From Podarcis gaigeae (lineage: Eukaryota): a stretch of DNA of 64,000 nucleotides. Below are positions 37,446 through 50,405 of the stretch, one piece after another. The translations under genes and the position numbers were made by a program. The stretch is taken from the NCBI GenBank assembly GCA_964106915.2, contig OZ066920.1; one strand, written 5' to 3'. A model generated the notes under the pieces. That model did not search any database. It was not told the origin of the DNA and was given only the letters and a program-made list of their open reading frames with translations. Within the stretch, counting starts at the first letter, position 1. Each line of letters begins with the position of its first letter.

Positions 37446-38380
37446 ACATCAATCACCTGTTACGTCACATAGCTGTTGTGTAATCAAAGACACTGTGTGG
37501 TAAGAAATATGAAGCAATGCGCCTACCGGTAGTTCTTTTGTCATACTCAGAGTAGTGTTTGAGTACCACCACTTTCATTTCTACCAGGTGAGAACATAAG
37601 CCATCCTAAATAAAAGCAGAATAAATTAATTTCTAAAGGTGCCTCATGTCTACCATAGCAATGATAACCGAGGAAGACAAATCTTTGAAAATGGACCCAT
37701 TTAGTTCCACTACCCTTTCCCTGCTCCCCTCCAACAGTCAGACTGTCAGTGTCTTGAGCAAGCACATGTAACATCTGCCATATGGCCAGCAATCCTGTAC
37801 CAGATGTGTGCACCACTGGAACATTACATTGGGTGGGGGGCAAGGAAAAAGTTTCAGATTTGATAGAAATTCCCTGTCTAGTGTTGGTTACAGCCATATA
37901 TTTAGTGTGACTTCAGTACAGTGGCTTTTGTGAGTTTAATGACTATTATGTACTCCTTATGATTGCTGGGTAATAATGAGTAATATTTCAGTCATTTATA
38001 TTCTAAGAGCTACATGTTCGTGTATCAAGCACACCCTTGACTGCACCTTTTTAGGCTTTCATTTGGCCAGAATCACAAAAGCTTAATGTCAGATTATTAT
38101 TTCTGGCATTCAGTCATCAGCAAATAACATTTTACCTTAAGATGTGATTCCCAGATACTAAACACCAGAAATAATTGATCATCATGACATTCCTTTGTGA
38201 ATTTCAACTTTCATTTTCTTCTCTGAACAACACATTTAGTCAGTTACATGTACCAATTACTATGGTACATAAAAACAGGGTTGCTCTCGCTATTGTGTTC
38301 TTCAATAGAAGATTTACTCTCAATGCCCTTTCCAGGACAAAGCCAGTGAATTAGAACTTCTAATGCTGCAGCGATGTGTT

Positions 38381-38413
<33 letters not shown>

Positions 38414-39127
38414 GTTTCTGATTTGGACTATAAGTTGAAATGTGCACTGTTGTAACACCCTCTTAGAATTTTACCATGATTTGAACAGGGGCTATGTTTC
38501 CATCATTTCATTTCTTGTCACATTTTACTGTTTCCCTGAACCACCCAACATAGAATTTCAGTGGTGGTGGGGGGGGGTTAAAATCAGGATTTAAGAAGCA
38601 AATTGAAATTATTATTTTTTTACACAAATCGGTCCAACATAAATTAATAATGAAGTTTTTTTTCTTTTATAGGGGGAGGATTAAAATTGCTGAGGAATGA
38701 AAAGAATACAGAACAAAGAGCTCAGATTCAAGAGCGAGTTTGAAGATTTAGAAAGCACAGAAGCATTCTTGCATAGAACTGAGAATAAAAGCACTTGAGC
38801 AGTTACTGGAACAGAAGGCTTGCTTTTGCCTACTGCTGTGGTCCGTATATCAGTGCTGAAATTGGACATTAATTAGCACTTTATTTGCTGTTGTGCTCCT
38901 TTTCTTCCAAATATTTCCTTTGGGGCCATGACAGCCATTTCCTGCCCTTTCATCTTTTTTCCCCCTAGTGATTGAACTATTAGCCTCCTGTACCTGTGAG
39001 AGAATGAATATTAGCTACTTATGGAAGAACCAAAGAGCTAAATAGCATGCACCACATGTAGGTATAAGGATGCAGTGAAATTAAGGTTACGTCTGTCAAG
39101 CCTTAGGGAGAAAAATATCACACCATT

Positions 39128-39128
39128 A

Positions 39129-39196
<68 letters not shown>

Positions 39197-39198
39197 AA
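39128..39198. repeat. (GAAA)n microsatellite
   Basis: Direct reading. Confidence 0.95.
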
Positions 39199-39529
39199 CT
39201 CAGAGGAAGAAGAAGAAAATGCCGTCAAAATCTCAAATCAGAAAGTGGCATGCGAAAGGATTTTTATTAAATCCTGTTGTACCTTAAAGATATGCTTAAG
39301 TTCTTGGTGACTTGGGATCAACTTCATCATTTATGTAATGGCTTTTTAAAACCTAGATCCAAAAGGAGTTAAAATTAAAAGCATTCATGACTCTCTTTTT
39401 TTGAACCGGGCTGCAAAGTGCAGAGCATTGTAGCATATTCCAACAAACCACTTAACCATGTAATTAAATCAGAGGCATTAGAGTAGCTCATTTGAAATTA
39501 ACTGGAGCTGCTTAAATGCTAGGCCTTAT

Positions 39530-39730
39530 CATTATTATTCATTTATATAGTGCAGTGAGCATTCAGAGTACTATACTCCCCTTATCAGGGTCATCCTTGT
39601 AAGGTGGGTCATTATTACCCCCATTTTGCACCTCAGGAATTGAGGACGAAGCACACTGGCGTCACTCAAGTCTACCCATGAATGCTCAGTCTCACCAGGG
39701 ATCAAGCCCACTCTACAATAACACTTTAAG
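39530..39730 (-). mobile_element. MIR-like CORE SINE
   Basis: CCTTGTAAGGTGGGTCATTATTACCCCCATTTTGCA...GAATTGAGG, a MIR core on the reverse strand. Confidence 0.6.
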
Positions 39731-40989
39731 TGCCTTGCTTATTAAATGACAGCATGCCCTCATATACACATTTCAAAACACAGAGACTAACTTTGGTTAG
39801 GACATGGTTTTACAGACTGTGGTGCCATTATAGATTATACGTAATGGTGAGCCCATACTGAATCTAATTGAATGAATCCATGTTTCATCTAAATCTTCTA
39901 CAATAACACATGATTCTCATATATATTTGAGACATAGATATAGATACACAGATTACTCTGCACAGAGACACATATATATGCAGATTAAAATATATTGTAT
40001 GAACCATATATGAGATACGAGAGAGAGAGAGAGAGAGAGAGACTCTCAAACCCATATATATACGGTTCATGTGAAATATTTTACTCTGCATACAGTCACC
40101 CTGGACACTGAATAATATCATTGAGGAGCACTTGTGTAGGCAGGTGAGCTCCAGTTTTGAAGGAGCTCTCTATGTGGACCTTTCAGAATCAGTGGACTTG
40201 CTTAGCATCAGTAGCACTCTGATCAGCACAAGGCAGTCCCCAGTAGGGAACTGAGAGCTGCTATGTTAACTTCCCACAATTACCCAGAGTGATGCTACAT
40301 CAAGGGCATTGTGGTTGGACCAGTGTCATTTTAAAAAAAACATTTTGGTTAGAGCAGGATAGGCAACAGCACTGGTAGCAGCCTAAGCAGGGCTGGCGCT
40401 GATGCCAAGCTTGAAAGTTCTTCCCAATGGAACATCCTGCAAACTTCTTCCATCTGTGGAAGCCTTGCACAAGGACTTCCATTTGCACGATGGGGCTTTG
40501 CCTCCTCTTCTTCACCCGTGTACTCTCCACGCACCCCAAAATTGCTTCATGGAGGTGAGGGGAAACCTCAGAGCAGCATGCAGGAGAAATTATTGAAAGA
40601 ACATGGAATTGAATTCCACTCGCTTTGGTGGGTTTTCCTGCTGGGCTTTGGGTGTTTTTAAACGAGTTGCAGTTTTCACCCTGAACGAATATTTCAGCAG
40701 CTGCTCTTGGATTATGTCATAGGATTATAATTTAATGTTCTTTTAAGTGGGTTGTTTTGTGCCTTTATTTCTATCCTACAGTGTCATTTGTATACCCATT
40801 AAAAACCCACATGGGCATGTAAATTGGAATTCTTAGAACTGTTCATCTGCAGAATCAATTGCAGCTCAAAAACCTAATACCTTGCAGAATGGCTTTCCCC
40901 ACTTGAGCCTGACAGGACCCTGACGTCAACATCAGTGACCCTTCCCTTTGTGCCCTCATGAGCAGAAATCTGGAGGGCAGCAACAAGAG

Positions 40990-41300
40990 AATTGACCGTT
41001 TCAAAATTGACTCCCCTTCATAGAATTATCTCTTGGCCTGGCACTGATGTGGACATCTTTTGGTGCCAGACCAAGACATTTCTCTTCTGCTTGGCATTTA
41101 AGTATCAATATTCTTTGCAGCAGCTGCAGAAATTGGGGGGGGGGGTATTCTGTGGTGGTTAGGGAGATAGTTGGATGAATTGTTTTAAGATTTGATTGCC
41201 TTGGGTTGTGTATTGATTTTACATATTTTAAAATAGTATATTTTACTATTGTTTTGTAAGTCGCTTTGAGTCATTTATTAATAAGCTCGTTAATAAACAA
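40990..41300 (+). mobile_element. Degenerate L2 3' end
   Basis: CAGACCAAGACATTTCTCTTC...TTGTAAGTCGCTTTGAG...AATAAA. Confidence 0.5.
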
Positions 41301-43339
41301 ACCGACAATATTCTGTAAAAGAACCCTAAGTCAACAGTTTCTTATTACTCTGAGTAAAATGATACCACTTTTGAAGTTCAGGGCTACCATCATTTTGCCT
41401 TGTGCCCAATTCTCATTCCATTTTCCCTGAATCTTATGCAACAGATTTTATTTTATTTTATTGAGTTATTCCTGCATGCAATTTGTGTCCTGTGTGGCCA
41501 CATTTGTGCTACTCAATTCCAAGATCCCCATCTGAGGGCAATTAACTTATTTAATCAAACTCAGAAAAATAGAACAAAATGATTGTTCCCAATTCTGCTG
41601 CTTCCTGGATGAAAACTTAAGTAGAACTACTAAAATAGAACAAAATGTGTATTTTGCCTTTGTTCCTGTGTGCTCATACGCTGTACGCAAAAGCCCTTGG
41701 AGGAATTTCAAGTAGGTGATTGTTGGTAATCATTTTGTTTAAATGTGCAAGGTTGCACAGAACCTTAGTCTACCAGGAAACAGAATGTTCTTGCTCAATT
41801 ATATTAGCAATCATTATTTCAATGGTGGAAAGTTCCACAGTAAATAATACAGACTCTTTATCATGCTTAAAAAGAAGTGCTTCTCTTTAAAAATCACAGG
41901 AGATTTCAAAACAGTCAGGAGGGAGGAAGAGACAGTCTGTTTGCTCTCAAACAAGTAAAATTAAGCTATTCTCTTGTCCCTGAGACTATTTTACCCTGTA
42001 GATAACCCGGGACAATGCTGTGCCTGTCAATAGGAGACAAGGAGAAAAAGCTCCAGGATGATCTTATAATCGTTATGTTCATATGCATCGCAATTTGCAA
42101 ATATGTTTCTGAATGACAATTTAAAAGGATATGTGGCATGATTCATCTTTCCCTCTTATTTTTTTTCTTAGCAGGAGGCTTCTGTTCATAGAATTACACA
42201 GTGTGACTCCCAGGAAAACAGCAAGATTTGATAAGTATTTGTTTCATAGGGCGAGTATTTAGCAGGGTCCTTGGGGATATGTCCCTTCTAATTTTTGACA
42301 TTCTGATTAGGGCTATTCCTGACTAGGGTTTATTGTTTTGATAAATCCTTCCTTTGTACCTTCTTTCTGTCCCCAGGGTAAAATGATATCCCTGGGACCA
42401 GATTCTGCTTTCCAGATTGATAGTGTAAATCCTGAGCAGGATTTGGATTTACAGAGTATACCTGGATACTACACTTTTTAGTTAAAACTGGGTTGGTTCT
42501 GGGAGTTGAAACTAACACCATTTCAAAAGCCCATTTGCTGTACCTTGGAGTTAATGAAAGTGCACTCACAGAATTGAAACCGTAGGACCAATATCTTAGG
42601 TTAGGGAGGAGAAAAGAGTGATGCTCCAATGTTATAAGATTATGACTCCCATTATCCCTGTCAATTAAATTGAAAGGATGAGTGTTGAAGTCCATCTTCA
42701 TATGGACCATCACAAGCTCGCCATTCCTGTATTTAGTAGAGCTGGCTTGGTGTAGAGATAATGAAGCAAACGATGGCCTTGGAAAGTGACCCCTTTCATC
42801 TTTTGTCCTGTCTCAAAGCCATAGGATATTTGTTTACCTGTTACACCATGGCAGGCCCAGAGGTAGCATGACCCAATTCTTGATCTACCAAGTGTGTTCT
42901 TCCAAGGCAGCACCCAAGCTTGGTGGGCTGGGGCAGCTGAAGCTCAGCAAGGAGACTAGTGTCCTGTTGACCAGGCAAGGCCAGAATATCAGGTTCATAG
43001 TACCGGTAGCAGGCTTGGTCAATCAAGAGACTTCCTGTCTGCCATTCTTGAAGACCAGTATTTCACCCTCCAGTTCTCATCTGTGATTAAAGAGGGCTCT
43101 GAGGACTGAGTGGGGCCTATAGAAGCAAGTAGCAATGAACCACAAGGGCCAATCTGACTAGATTTGCATTCCCTTGAAGTTTATACCCTCAACTGCTATG
43201 GGAGCAATTACTTGCAGCTATAGGGATTTGAACTCTTGTCAATAGTGATGATGGGGTGATAAAAAAAAGCTTATTTCTTTGTAATAAATAAAAAACCCCA
43301 CAATGAGCACAATTACATATTGCTAGATTAATAAAGCTA

Positions 43340-43730
43340 GTTTATTTTATTTAACAAAATTTATATACTTCTTAATTCTAATTAAAGCACTTTACTATAA
43401 ATATTAAAATTATCCATAGAAAGAGTTAAAATAATTAAAAACATTTAAAAAGAACCAAAATTAACAGTAACATAGATACGTCAATATCTACAGCAAAGAT
43501 GCCTGTCTGATGCCTATTGGCAGGAGGTTCCAAAGCTCTGTCACACTAAAATATTGATTTCTTAGAAGTGCATTATGTGGCACCTGTGACAGTTCCAAAG
43601 ATCTAAGTAGTCAAGTGGGCACATATGAGGTAAGGTGATCCTGCCAGTAAACTGGTCCTAAGTCATTAACAGCTATATACATTGAACTTGGCTTGGTAGC
43701 AAATCAGCAACCAGTGCACATCTCTGCAGA
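43340..43730 (-). mobile_element. Old L2 3' fragment
   Basis: TTTATT tail, GGCAGGAGGTTCCAAAG and TTGAACTTGGCTTGGTAGCAAATCAGCAACCAGTGCA. Confidence 0.55.
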
Positions 43731-44065
43731 GAGATCAAAAAGCAGGGGCAAGGTCACACTCCCACCGTCCCATGTTAATCCATAAGGGCAACCCAGGGCA
43801 ACTCAGTTGCTGAGAAGAATTAACATGATTATAAGTTGTGTTGGTGGAATCTTCCAGGGGTTCTTCTCCTCCTGAACTGGCAAAAGAAGAAAGATAAATG
43901 AGCCCAGAGACGTCCATGAACCATGAAGCACCAAGTAGTATTAAGACAAAAGCATGCAAGCCTGGCAGAAGGAAAGTCACCACCCCATGAACCTTCTCTG
44001 AGTTGTAACAACTGACCAGCCATACTAGGAAATAAAGGCTCGAAATTTTGGTAGCTTCTATGATG

Positions 44066-44440
44066 AGGATATTATGCACTATGGTCTAAACTACTGAGCC
44101 TCTTGGGCTTGCCGATCAATAGGTTGATGGTTCGAATCCCTGTGACAGGGTGAGCTCCTGTTGCTCTGTCCCAGCTAGTGCCCTCCTAGCAGTTTGAAAA
44201 CACACCAGTGCAAGTAGATAAATAGGTACAGCTGTGGCGGGAAGGTAAATGGCATTTCTGTGCACTCTGGCTTCTGTCACAGTGTTCTGTTGCGGCAGAA
44301 GCGGTTTAGACATGCTGGCCACATGGCTATCTGTGGACAAACGCCAGCTCCCTCAGCCTGAAAGCTAGATGAGTGCCGCATCCCCATAGTCGACTTCGAC
44401 TGGACTTAACCGTCCAGGGGTCCTTTACCTTTTATCTTTT
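44066..44440 (+). mobile_element. Sauria SINE (older or different subfamily)
   Basis: GGTTCGAATCC B box, GTGCAAGTAGATAAATAGGTAC core, CCTTTACCTTTT tail; probable TSD TATGATG. Confidence 0.9.
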
Positions 44441-45504
44441 TATGATGCAGTCCTACCTCTTCATGTTATATTTTTGGAAAATTATTACTGGAGGCACTTT
44501 GTGGAGACTTTGACCATTATCAAAGTGGTCTCTAGGTACAGCCTCTGACAACACTGCTCCATCTTTCTGAGAGAAAAAATAACAGAATCCTGCTTCATAA
44601 GATGATTCCTTTGCATCACAAGGATAATTTTAAAAAGATTTTAAAGTGTTATGGGCTTTCAGCAGGACACTGCAGGATATAAGCTGACTGGAAATGAAGT
44701 GGTGTGACTACTCCAAAACTTTTGTACATGCATAAAGTATTGAAACCAGGGTCACACGTGACCACCTCAAAAGCATCATGAGTACAAATCCATAATGAAA
44801 AGGATGTATGGGGCTCTTGAATCTTGGTTACCTCATCAACCAATCAAACAGCTGATGTCACAGCACAGACTTACTCCATGTCTTTTTTTTTATCAAGAGA
44901 AACCAACTTCACATCCTTGTCACATTGGATACTGTATCAAGAGCACCTATCTGGGGGAGGAGGCTGAATCTGTACTAAACTAACTTATAAAAGTAGTTCA
45001 GATTTTCATGGTCACTAACATTGTTCTTGCCCTGTTTACTCAGCTGCTTGATTGTTTTGTCATATTAAATACATAACATATGTCCGTGATGGAGTCAGAG
45101 AATAGTATGGAAAAGTAGCTCTATGCTGCTCGTTCGAGTGCTGTGCATTAGTTGCTTATTTGCAATAGGGTTAAAATACGGGGTCTAAAAGTGACTGGAA
45201 TATTTTTAAAAGAATGATTTCCATTTGGAAGCTTCACTATGGAACCCTTTTCCTGTTCATCTCAATAATCACATAAAGTTTTCCAAATACAAACTGAACA
45301 CACTTTGCTGAAACTAGCGGCCCGAGGAAAGAAACTGCTGGTGATAAGGGAGGCGAAGAGTCTGTCATCCTCCTCAGTCTGTGGGTGTTCAAGGCACTGC
45401 ACCCTGGTCTTTGGGTGAGTGCTGCGTTGCTTTTCTACTCGCTATGGACATACCAGCTATAAAGAAGCAAGTCAACCAGGGAACCAGAACAGGAAATGCT
45501 GTTT

Positions 45505-45700
45505 TAAAGCCCTGTGGAACGCCCTCCCATCAGATGTCAAGGAAATAAACAACTATCTGACTTCTAGAAGACATCTGAAGGCAGCCCTGTTTAGGGAAAT
45601 TTTTCATGTTTGATGGTTTATTGTGCTTTTAATTCTGTTGGGAGCCGCCCAGAGTGGCTGGAGAAACCCAGCCAGATGGGTGGGGTATAAATAATAAATT
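45505..45700 (+). mobile_element. Young L2 3' end
   Basis: Encodes ALWNALPSDVKEINNYLTSRRHLKAALFRE (L2 ORF2 end) followed by the 3' UTR. Confidence 0.85.
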
Positions 45701-46379
45701 GGTGGTAGTAGGAGGAGGAGGAGGAGGAGGAGTAGACGACTGCTGGGTATATGTGTGTTGTGTGTGTGTGTAGAAGGTGTTTAGTGTGAGTTCCCAAAAA
45801 TTTGTGTGATGTTCAGGGGGTACGATTTGAGCAACTTCCATTTTGCGCCTCCCCCTCCGCTTGCTGGCTTTTTTCCATAGGTTATCCGTAGCTTGGACCA
45901 AAACAGCAAATGCAAGAAGTTCCTGCCATCTAATCTCCTAATTCCTCTCCTGAACAGAATTTCAGAAGACCAGGTGTTAAATAAATAAACAAGAATGCAA
46001 AAGAATGCATTGTATGCATGCTCATAACTTGGAGCTCAAACCTTGTAGGCATGCTCATAACTCCAGCATTTACTGGTTGCATGAACATTTCTCAGTCCAA
46101 ACACATCCCATCATGGGTGTGGACAGGAAAAAGTGCAACCAACCTCCCGAAAACAGCAACTTGGGAGTAGTGGTGTGGAAGGCCCATTATAGTTCCACTG
46201 CAGAAACATCAGAACTAAACAGCAGCTATAGTGTTGGAAAGGCTCCTTCACAGCATCAATTATAGAGAGTGAAAACTTACAAGGAATTGGCAGACAGTTT
46301 TCAGCAGAGTTTTCAGTTTCAATGGTGACCAAATGCCATGTCAGGGCTATGGGATGCAAACTTGTCTGGGCTTCTGATA

Positions 46380-46572
46380 CAGCATAGATTCAGTGGTACA
46401 GTTTGTGAGTTGCATGCATGGGGCTAGACCTTTAGAATTTCCAGTTTCAGCATCTCAAGCAGCATGGCTGGGAAAGCCCTCTGCTCAAGTTCCTGGGAGA
46501 GCAATTGTCAGTCAGCCAAGATCGTATCAGCCTAGATTGATCATGGCTCTGATCCCAAATAAGGTAGTTTCT
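46380..46572 (+). mobile_element. Degenerate Squam2-like SINE
   Basis: GGCTGGGAAAG...CCTGGGAGAGC...CAGTCAG...TAAGGTAGTTTCTTAT. Confidence 0.55.
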
Positions 46573-47269
46573 TATCACACATGTAAGTAGCAAGGGATGT
46601 TGGTCTCTTTTCTGAGAGGGACTTTGAGGCCAATAACAGAAAAACCTGAGCCGACGAAAGTGTGATTTGAAAGCCAAAGAAGTATCCACAATATTTAAGT
46701 TCCTTTATTTACCCATCAATTTTGCAGCTACTCCTGAGGCTTTCAAACGACACACTGTGGGTAGAGACACCTTTCCCAAGGATCTTAACATCCAAATCAT
46801 ATTAGGATTTGTCATATTTATCCAAAGAGGTTATCATCCACTGGAAAATCCTCAGGTTAGTCTCACAACAAGGACCACTTTTGCGTTTCATAGTTGCAGA
46901 AACGTTTGATCAAAGTTGTCCTGATCTTAGCAGAACACTGTCTGTGGCTCTGGCCCTTCACCACCCTGGAAGTGGCCTCCTGTCCCTCTTAGAATTCAGC
47001 TGTGTGACCCAAGAGTGGCATCATCTGTGACATCAAAGTGCATGACAGTTGAATGGCCTTCATATTTTGCTTTTGCAATAAAGCAGATGATTCTGATACT
47101 ACAGGTGATGAACATTTCACAAGGGGGGGTAGTTCCACATAAGTGTGCCCCCACTGCATCACGTCATGCTCCCATTATGCCACACCTCCATTACACCCCT
47201 GTTCTGCCCCCATTCTTCCTTCTTCTGGGTCTGAAACGGGTCCGCGATTGCATGTCATTTGGACGTGCT

Positions 47270-47372
47270 GAGGCTTTTCAGATCCCCTGCTACCTGACAT
47301 TTCAATTGTCGATGCCATGGATTGAACATGGGTCCTTCTGCATGCAAAACAAGTGCTCTACTGAGCTACAGT
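47270..47372 (-). mobile_element. tRNA-SINE 5' head
   Basis: GGATTGAAC...CCTTCTGCATGCAAAAC...TGCTCTACTGAGCTAC. Confidence 0.65.
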
Positions 47373-47539
47373 CTCTCCTTGTCGATTGTCTGCCTGTTTT
47401 GTTTCTTTTTTTCCTCCAAACATGTTTAGGTTAACTAAAAACATTTTTGCTGAATAGGCATTATAGGAATAATCTAAGCATGGCCTGGGCTGGATTCTTC
47501 CACTGCTTATCTATTTGTACTTCATTGCAACTATGAAGC

Positions 47540-47677
47540 CAGGGTTGAGGAACTATTGGCCCTCCAATTGTTGTTGGACTACATATCCCATCAGCTGCAG
47601 CCATTGGCTCTGATTGTTGGGCCTGATGGGAGTTGGAGTCCCACACCAACTGCAGGGCCACAGGTTACCCACACCTA
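47540..47677. mobile_element. Palindromic ~130-bp MITE
   Basis: GTTGTTGGACTACATATCCCATCAG...CTGATGGGAGTTGGAGTCC. Confidence 0.75.
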
Positions 47678-48019
47678 AATTGAGCTGTAAGGCTAGCAGG
47701 GTACACCAGGGGTGAGGCACGGTAACTTGTAAATGGCACCTCTTTTTCTTTGATGACATGAATGGCAACAATTTCACCACAACACTTTGCTAAATATGGA
47801 GGTGGTTACAAGGGCAATTGTGTCGATCGGCACCCTGTTCTGCAGAGATTCCCCCCATTCACCTCCGAATCAGTGGGAAGTTGCATTTCACTGGGCACTC
47901 ATCCTAACTTCCCACTGCTGCGAACAAATGGCATCACCCTCTTTAAAAACTGTACTTCCTAGCAACATGTTTGAAACTACAGCTGCCTGATATGGCTAAT
48001 GAATTTTACAATCAAAAGC

Positions 48020-48700
48020 TAAAGTGAATTAGCTGTAGCAGATGTTTTTTCTCTGGGAACCACCAGACCTTTCTGGCCGCTAATTTATCCTTCAAGAGGA
48101 TAAAACTTTGCACTTCTATTATGTGTTGTCATTGGAGCATTGCACAACTTTATCAAACTTTTTTTTTTTAATCCTGGAAACTGAATTAATTTTCTGCAAA
48201 GGTTTTTTTTTTTTAATATGTGTCTCTCTCTCTCTCTCTTTAATCACATTTGCTGGGGAACATGTGTACTGTAAAGTTGAAGAGAGCAGATTATGGCTTT
48301 CAGAAAGGCCATTTTCAAAAGAAAACTGCCCTCTCGCTCCCGAGGCCTCCATCTGAAGGTCCTCCGGTTTTGTGAAGAGGAAAAAATTAATTACTATTTT
48401 AATAATGAAGCCAAGCCTGCTGAAAATCCTCTTAGAAAGTAGCTGGATGATGTAATGGCTAGCAGGGGGGATATTGAAAACAGTGACCACACAGTCTGCT
48501 GTTCGCTTTTTCTATTCAATCCCTGTAAGATGATACGGACTGCTGGATCGCACATTAGGGAATTAAAAGCATAACACTGGCTGGCTGGCGAAAGGGGTGA
48601 TACAGAGATAGCAGGTCACTCTAATATTAACATTTGCTTTAACCTTTCAAGTGACCTGCTGTCATCGGAAAGGGGCACAGCGGGGGGGTTGAGGGGGAGA
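48020..48700. promoter_or_regulatory. Candidate conserved non-coding element/enhancer
   Basis: Largely repeat-free complex sequence with retained CpGs, TAAT clusters and inverted AGGTCA half-sites; conservation not tested. Confidence 0.4.
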
Positions 48701-49362
48701 GAAGAGGACAATGATTTAGTCAGAGTGTTATGCATGTGGCAAAGGGACACCAGTTTCAGTTGCGGTTTTTGGTCGCTCTCAAATGATCCTGTTCCAAACT
48801 GGACACTGTGAAAAGTGAAAGCAGACCCTTCATTCATTCATTCATTCATTCATTTGAGAGCCAAATTGTTCTGATTACATAAAGACTGCAGGCAATGGTT
48901 AGGAATGGAGGAAAGCATCTAGTCAGAGCACTGAGCACCGTTGATTAATTGTGACTGCCTTTGTAGACAAGATATGTTGTGTGTGCGCGCATGCATTTGC
49001 TCCGAGATATACTGTGCTGACTCAAAATCTATGGGACATTGATAGTGTTTTGTTCTCAAGATGGTCAGAGGCAGTAAGAGGGAGAGGGAAAGAGAGAGGG
49101 AAGAGAATTTTTATCTCCAAATAGAAAGCTCCTTTCCGACAATGCCATTCCCACTCTTAGGTAGGGGCAAATTTGTTACACCCCTGTCACCCCAAAGGAT
49201 GACTAAACTCTCCCTAGGGAGGAGTTTTGAGGTGGTGTGAGTGGACAACTGTACAATCTGGATTTGGGGGAGCTGGGATATATAAGCCTGCTTCATAGCA
49301 GGCACACAGAACAAAATATAAGATCTGTAGGGGAAGAAGTTATCTTATAATTCTACTGTAAC

Positions 49363-49491
49363 CAGGGCTTTTTTTCCCAGCCGGAACTCACCAGAACTCA
49401 GTTCTGGCACCTCTCAGCTGTCATTGTAAGAGAACAAGGGAGATGTTCGTGATGAGTTCAGGCACCTCTTTTTCTAGGAAAAACAGCACTG
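49363..49491. mobile_element. hAT MITE
   Basis: CAGGGCTTTTTT...AAAACAGCACTG; perfect TSD ACTGTAAC. Confidence 0.9.
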
Positions 49492-49959
49492 ACTGTAACC
49501 ATAACCCTGCAATCACCAGTCTCTCTCTCTCTCTCAACTCTCCCTAGGGATCTTCATACCTTAGAGTGTGTGGCTTCTCTTCTGCAGCCTCTGAAACCTC
49601 AGTCTATTGTGTCTTTGGTTCTTTTATTTAAAAAACATGCACACATAAAAATCAATGGTATCAAGAACAGAACCAGCTGGAGAAGTAAGCCTTCAAATAT
49701 ATGTTAGCAAGAAATCAAATGTATATAAGTTGCAATCTGAAGCCATGATACATCGAGAGCGCTATTGCCCACTTTGAACAGCCATGGCTTCACACAAAGA
49801 ATCCTGGGAACTGTAGCTTGAGAAGCATGCTGAGAGTTGTTTCCCTCACAGAGCTACAATTCTTAGAGAGGTTTAACAATCAAACACTCTTCCCAGGGAA
49901 CTCTGGGAATTTTAGCTCCGTGAAGCGAATGGGAGCTTCAATTTCAACTTCTGGATGGG

Positions 49960-50405
49960 AGCATTTATCTCAGAATGCTGCTTGAAAGGGTATATCTTTA
50001 GTTGATGTCTAAAGGCTACCAGTGAAGGGGGGGAGTGCTTCTTCAAGGAGGAAATTCCATAATAAATATGCCACCACCGAAAAGACCTGGCCTCATGTAA
50101 TTGCTCCCCTGGGCCACCTCCAGAAACAGGGCTTTCCCTGCCAATTTCACAGCATGGACTATCACACACTGATTGGAGGAGATGATCCCTTTAATTCATA
50201 TATTGAATGTTTTTATATACTTGCTTTAACTGGTTGTTTTTTATTGAGAATGTTAATTTGCCAACGTATGATCTAATCACACTGCCTTAATCAATTGCTG
50301 GGCAGCCACCTTCTGCATCAGCTGCAGCTCCTGGACCATCTTCAAGGATAATTCCACACAGAGCACAGTGCAGTAATCCAGACATAAGATTATCAGAACA
50401 TGATG
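49960..50405 (-). mobile_element. Degenerate L2 fragments
   Basis: Minus strand reads CLDYCTVLCVELSLKMVQELQLMQKVAA and AFRHQLKIYPF. Confidence 0.65.

Noticed and set aside
38654-38760. Strong splice-acceptor-like tract followed by purine-rich sequence
   Set aside because: Reading frames close quickly, no convincing donor site, no recognisable protein
46690-46925. Exon-like minus-strand segment with AG/GT boundaries
   Set aside because: Stops in all three frames
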